Shown here piece after piece: positions 62,421 to 64,000 of a stretch of 64,000 nt of DNA. The position numbers were made by a program, and so were the translations under genes. The stretch covers positions 52,154,464-52,218,463 of the forward strand of contig NC_043011.1 in NCBI RefSeq assembly GCF_006345805.1. Reading direction: 5' to 3'. Each line of letters starts with the position of its first letter. The first letter of the stretch is position 1. The stretch is from Octopus sinensis (taxonomy: Eukaryota). Below the pieces are notes generated by a model. It had not been told where the DNA came from. It saw only the letters and a program-made list of their open reading frames with translations, and made no database searches.

Positions 62421-62641
62421 AAGTACTGGGGTCAGTTCATTTGGTTAAAAATTCTCCAAGGTGGTACTTCAATAGCTGCTGTCTAATGACTGAAACATGT
62501 AAAAGATAAGGACATCTATCTGTCTGTCTATTATATATATACAGACCAAATAATTGTCACATATTACATTTACAGATAAATTCCTCTGTTTACATAATAT
62601 CGAGGTCTCTTTCATTCTTTTGTCTTACCATTTTTATCAAT

Positions 62642-62682
<41 letters not shown>

Positions 62683-62686
62683 AAAA

Positions 62687-62915
62687 GGCGGCGAGCTGGC
62701 AGAAACGTTAGTGCGCTGGGTGAAATGCTTAGCGGTATTTCGTCTGTCATTACTTTCTGAGTTCAAATTCCGCCGAGGTCGACTTTGCCTTTCATCCTTT
62801 CGGGTCGATAAATAAAGTACCAGTTTCGCACTGGGGTCGATGTAATCGACTTAATCCCTTTGTCTGTCCTTGTTTGTCCCCTCTATGTTTAGCCCCTTGT
62901 GGGTAGTAAAGAAAT
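62687..62915 (+). mobile_element. Family 3 SINE, full length, in (TA)n
   Basis: ggcggcgagctggcagaaacgttag...gtgggtagtaaagaaata. Confidence 0.9.
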
Positions 62916-63367
62916 ATATATATATATAAAGGTTACAACCCTTATTCAGGGATAGCAAAATCCTATGAAAGTACTGGTTAGTGACCTATACAAAGAATGT
63001 TGAACATTACAGATTAATACTCAGCCCCAAGGTAACTATATAAACCGTGGTTTATATATATTTATTTATTATAATAAGATAAGAAAATAGAGAGGTAAAT
63101 GATAAATTATTATTTATTAATAACCCCTCTTTCTTCTTCTTCTATATATATATATATGTACCCCAGTGCTTTTTTTCTTTTAAGGCTGTTACTTATTCTA
63201 TTGGTCTCTTTTGCCAAGCTGCTAAGTCACAGGAACATAAACACACCAACACCAGTTGTCAAGCAGTGGTGGGGGACAAACAGACACAAAGAGACACACA
63301 CACACAAATATTCTATCTAGCTTATAAAGTTTATCCCACCCTCCCAAGTTGTTTACATTTATATGTC

Positions 63368-63399
<32 letters not shown>

Positions 63400-64000
63400 A
63401 GTGCATGAATTGGTGTGTTTGTATACATATTCACACATCTATGTATGCATGTGTATGTAATCCTATACACGCACATACATACATACACACACATTCATAC
63501 ATGCAAATACATATGCACTCAAACCCACTATATATGCATCTATTTATACACACACATGCACACATACATACACAGAGGCTTTCTTACACCCTGGCTGCTG
63601 CTGCTGATATTATTTCTGATTCTGTTATTGTGTAATATATATTAATATTGGTTGTATTGTCCCATTATCTGGCTGTTTGTCTCTCTGTCTCTTTCTCTCT
63701 CTTTAAATCTCTCTTTAAATCCTGAAGTAGGTCAAGATATCTTGACCTAGAGATCTTGTTGCTATAATTGCTACACCATTAAGCTATTAGACAGAGATAG
63801 GCAAGCATTTTGGGGGGAAATAATAATAACGATGATGATGATGAGGAGGAGGATAATGATTTTTCATTGGCTACAGGGCCCTGGAAATGTTAGGGACACT
63901 CCAAAGGCGAAATATTATACATAGAATAACAAAAAAAAAAAAAAAAGGGGGATTTACATCAAGTAAAAAGGAGAGATGAGGAAAACAATAAATACATTAA

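Overview
AT-rich, microsatellite-rich eukaryotic DNA whose repeat families (tRNA/CORE-type SINEs, RTE-tailed (GAT)n SINE-like elements, TTAA MITEs) look like octopus/coleoid cephalopod genome (inference from recall, not a database match). I found no host protein-coding gene I can support: the ORF track is almost entirely microsatellite or repeat artefact, and only a few short exon candidates are noted. The window reads as intronic or intergenic transposon debris: a DD37D (maT-type) Tc1/mariner relic split by a SINE; RTE, CR1, R4/Dong and Penelope-like (PLE) LINE fragments; Helentron-type and piggyBac-like MITEs; dozens of SINE copies; and a recent 89-bp minisatellite. The most striking signal is a set of about a dozen type I hammerhead ribozyme (HHR) motifs or relics from several unrelated sequence families. 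Most sit in (TA)n tracts. They include canonical cores, a U3-A8 compensatory variant, recurrent CUGUUGA and CCGANGA core variants, a tandem pair 245 nt apart (retrozyme-like), and HHRs built into fold-back palindromes. HHRs in PLEs are established biology; the variant cores and fold-back architectures are what deserve testing. Repeat boundaries are approximate (read by eye).
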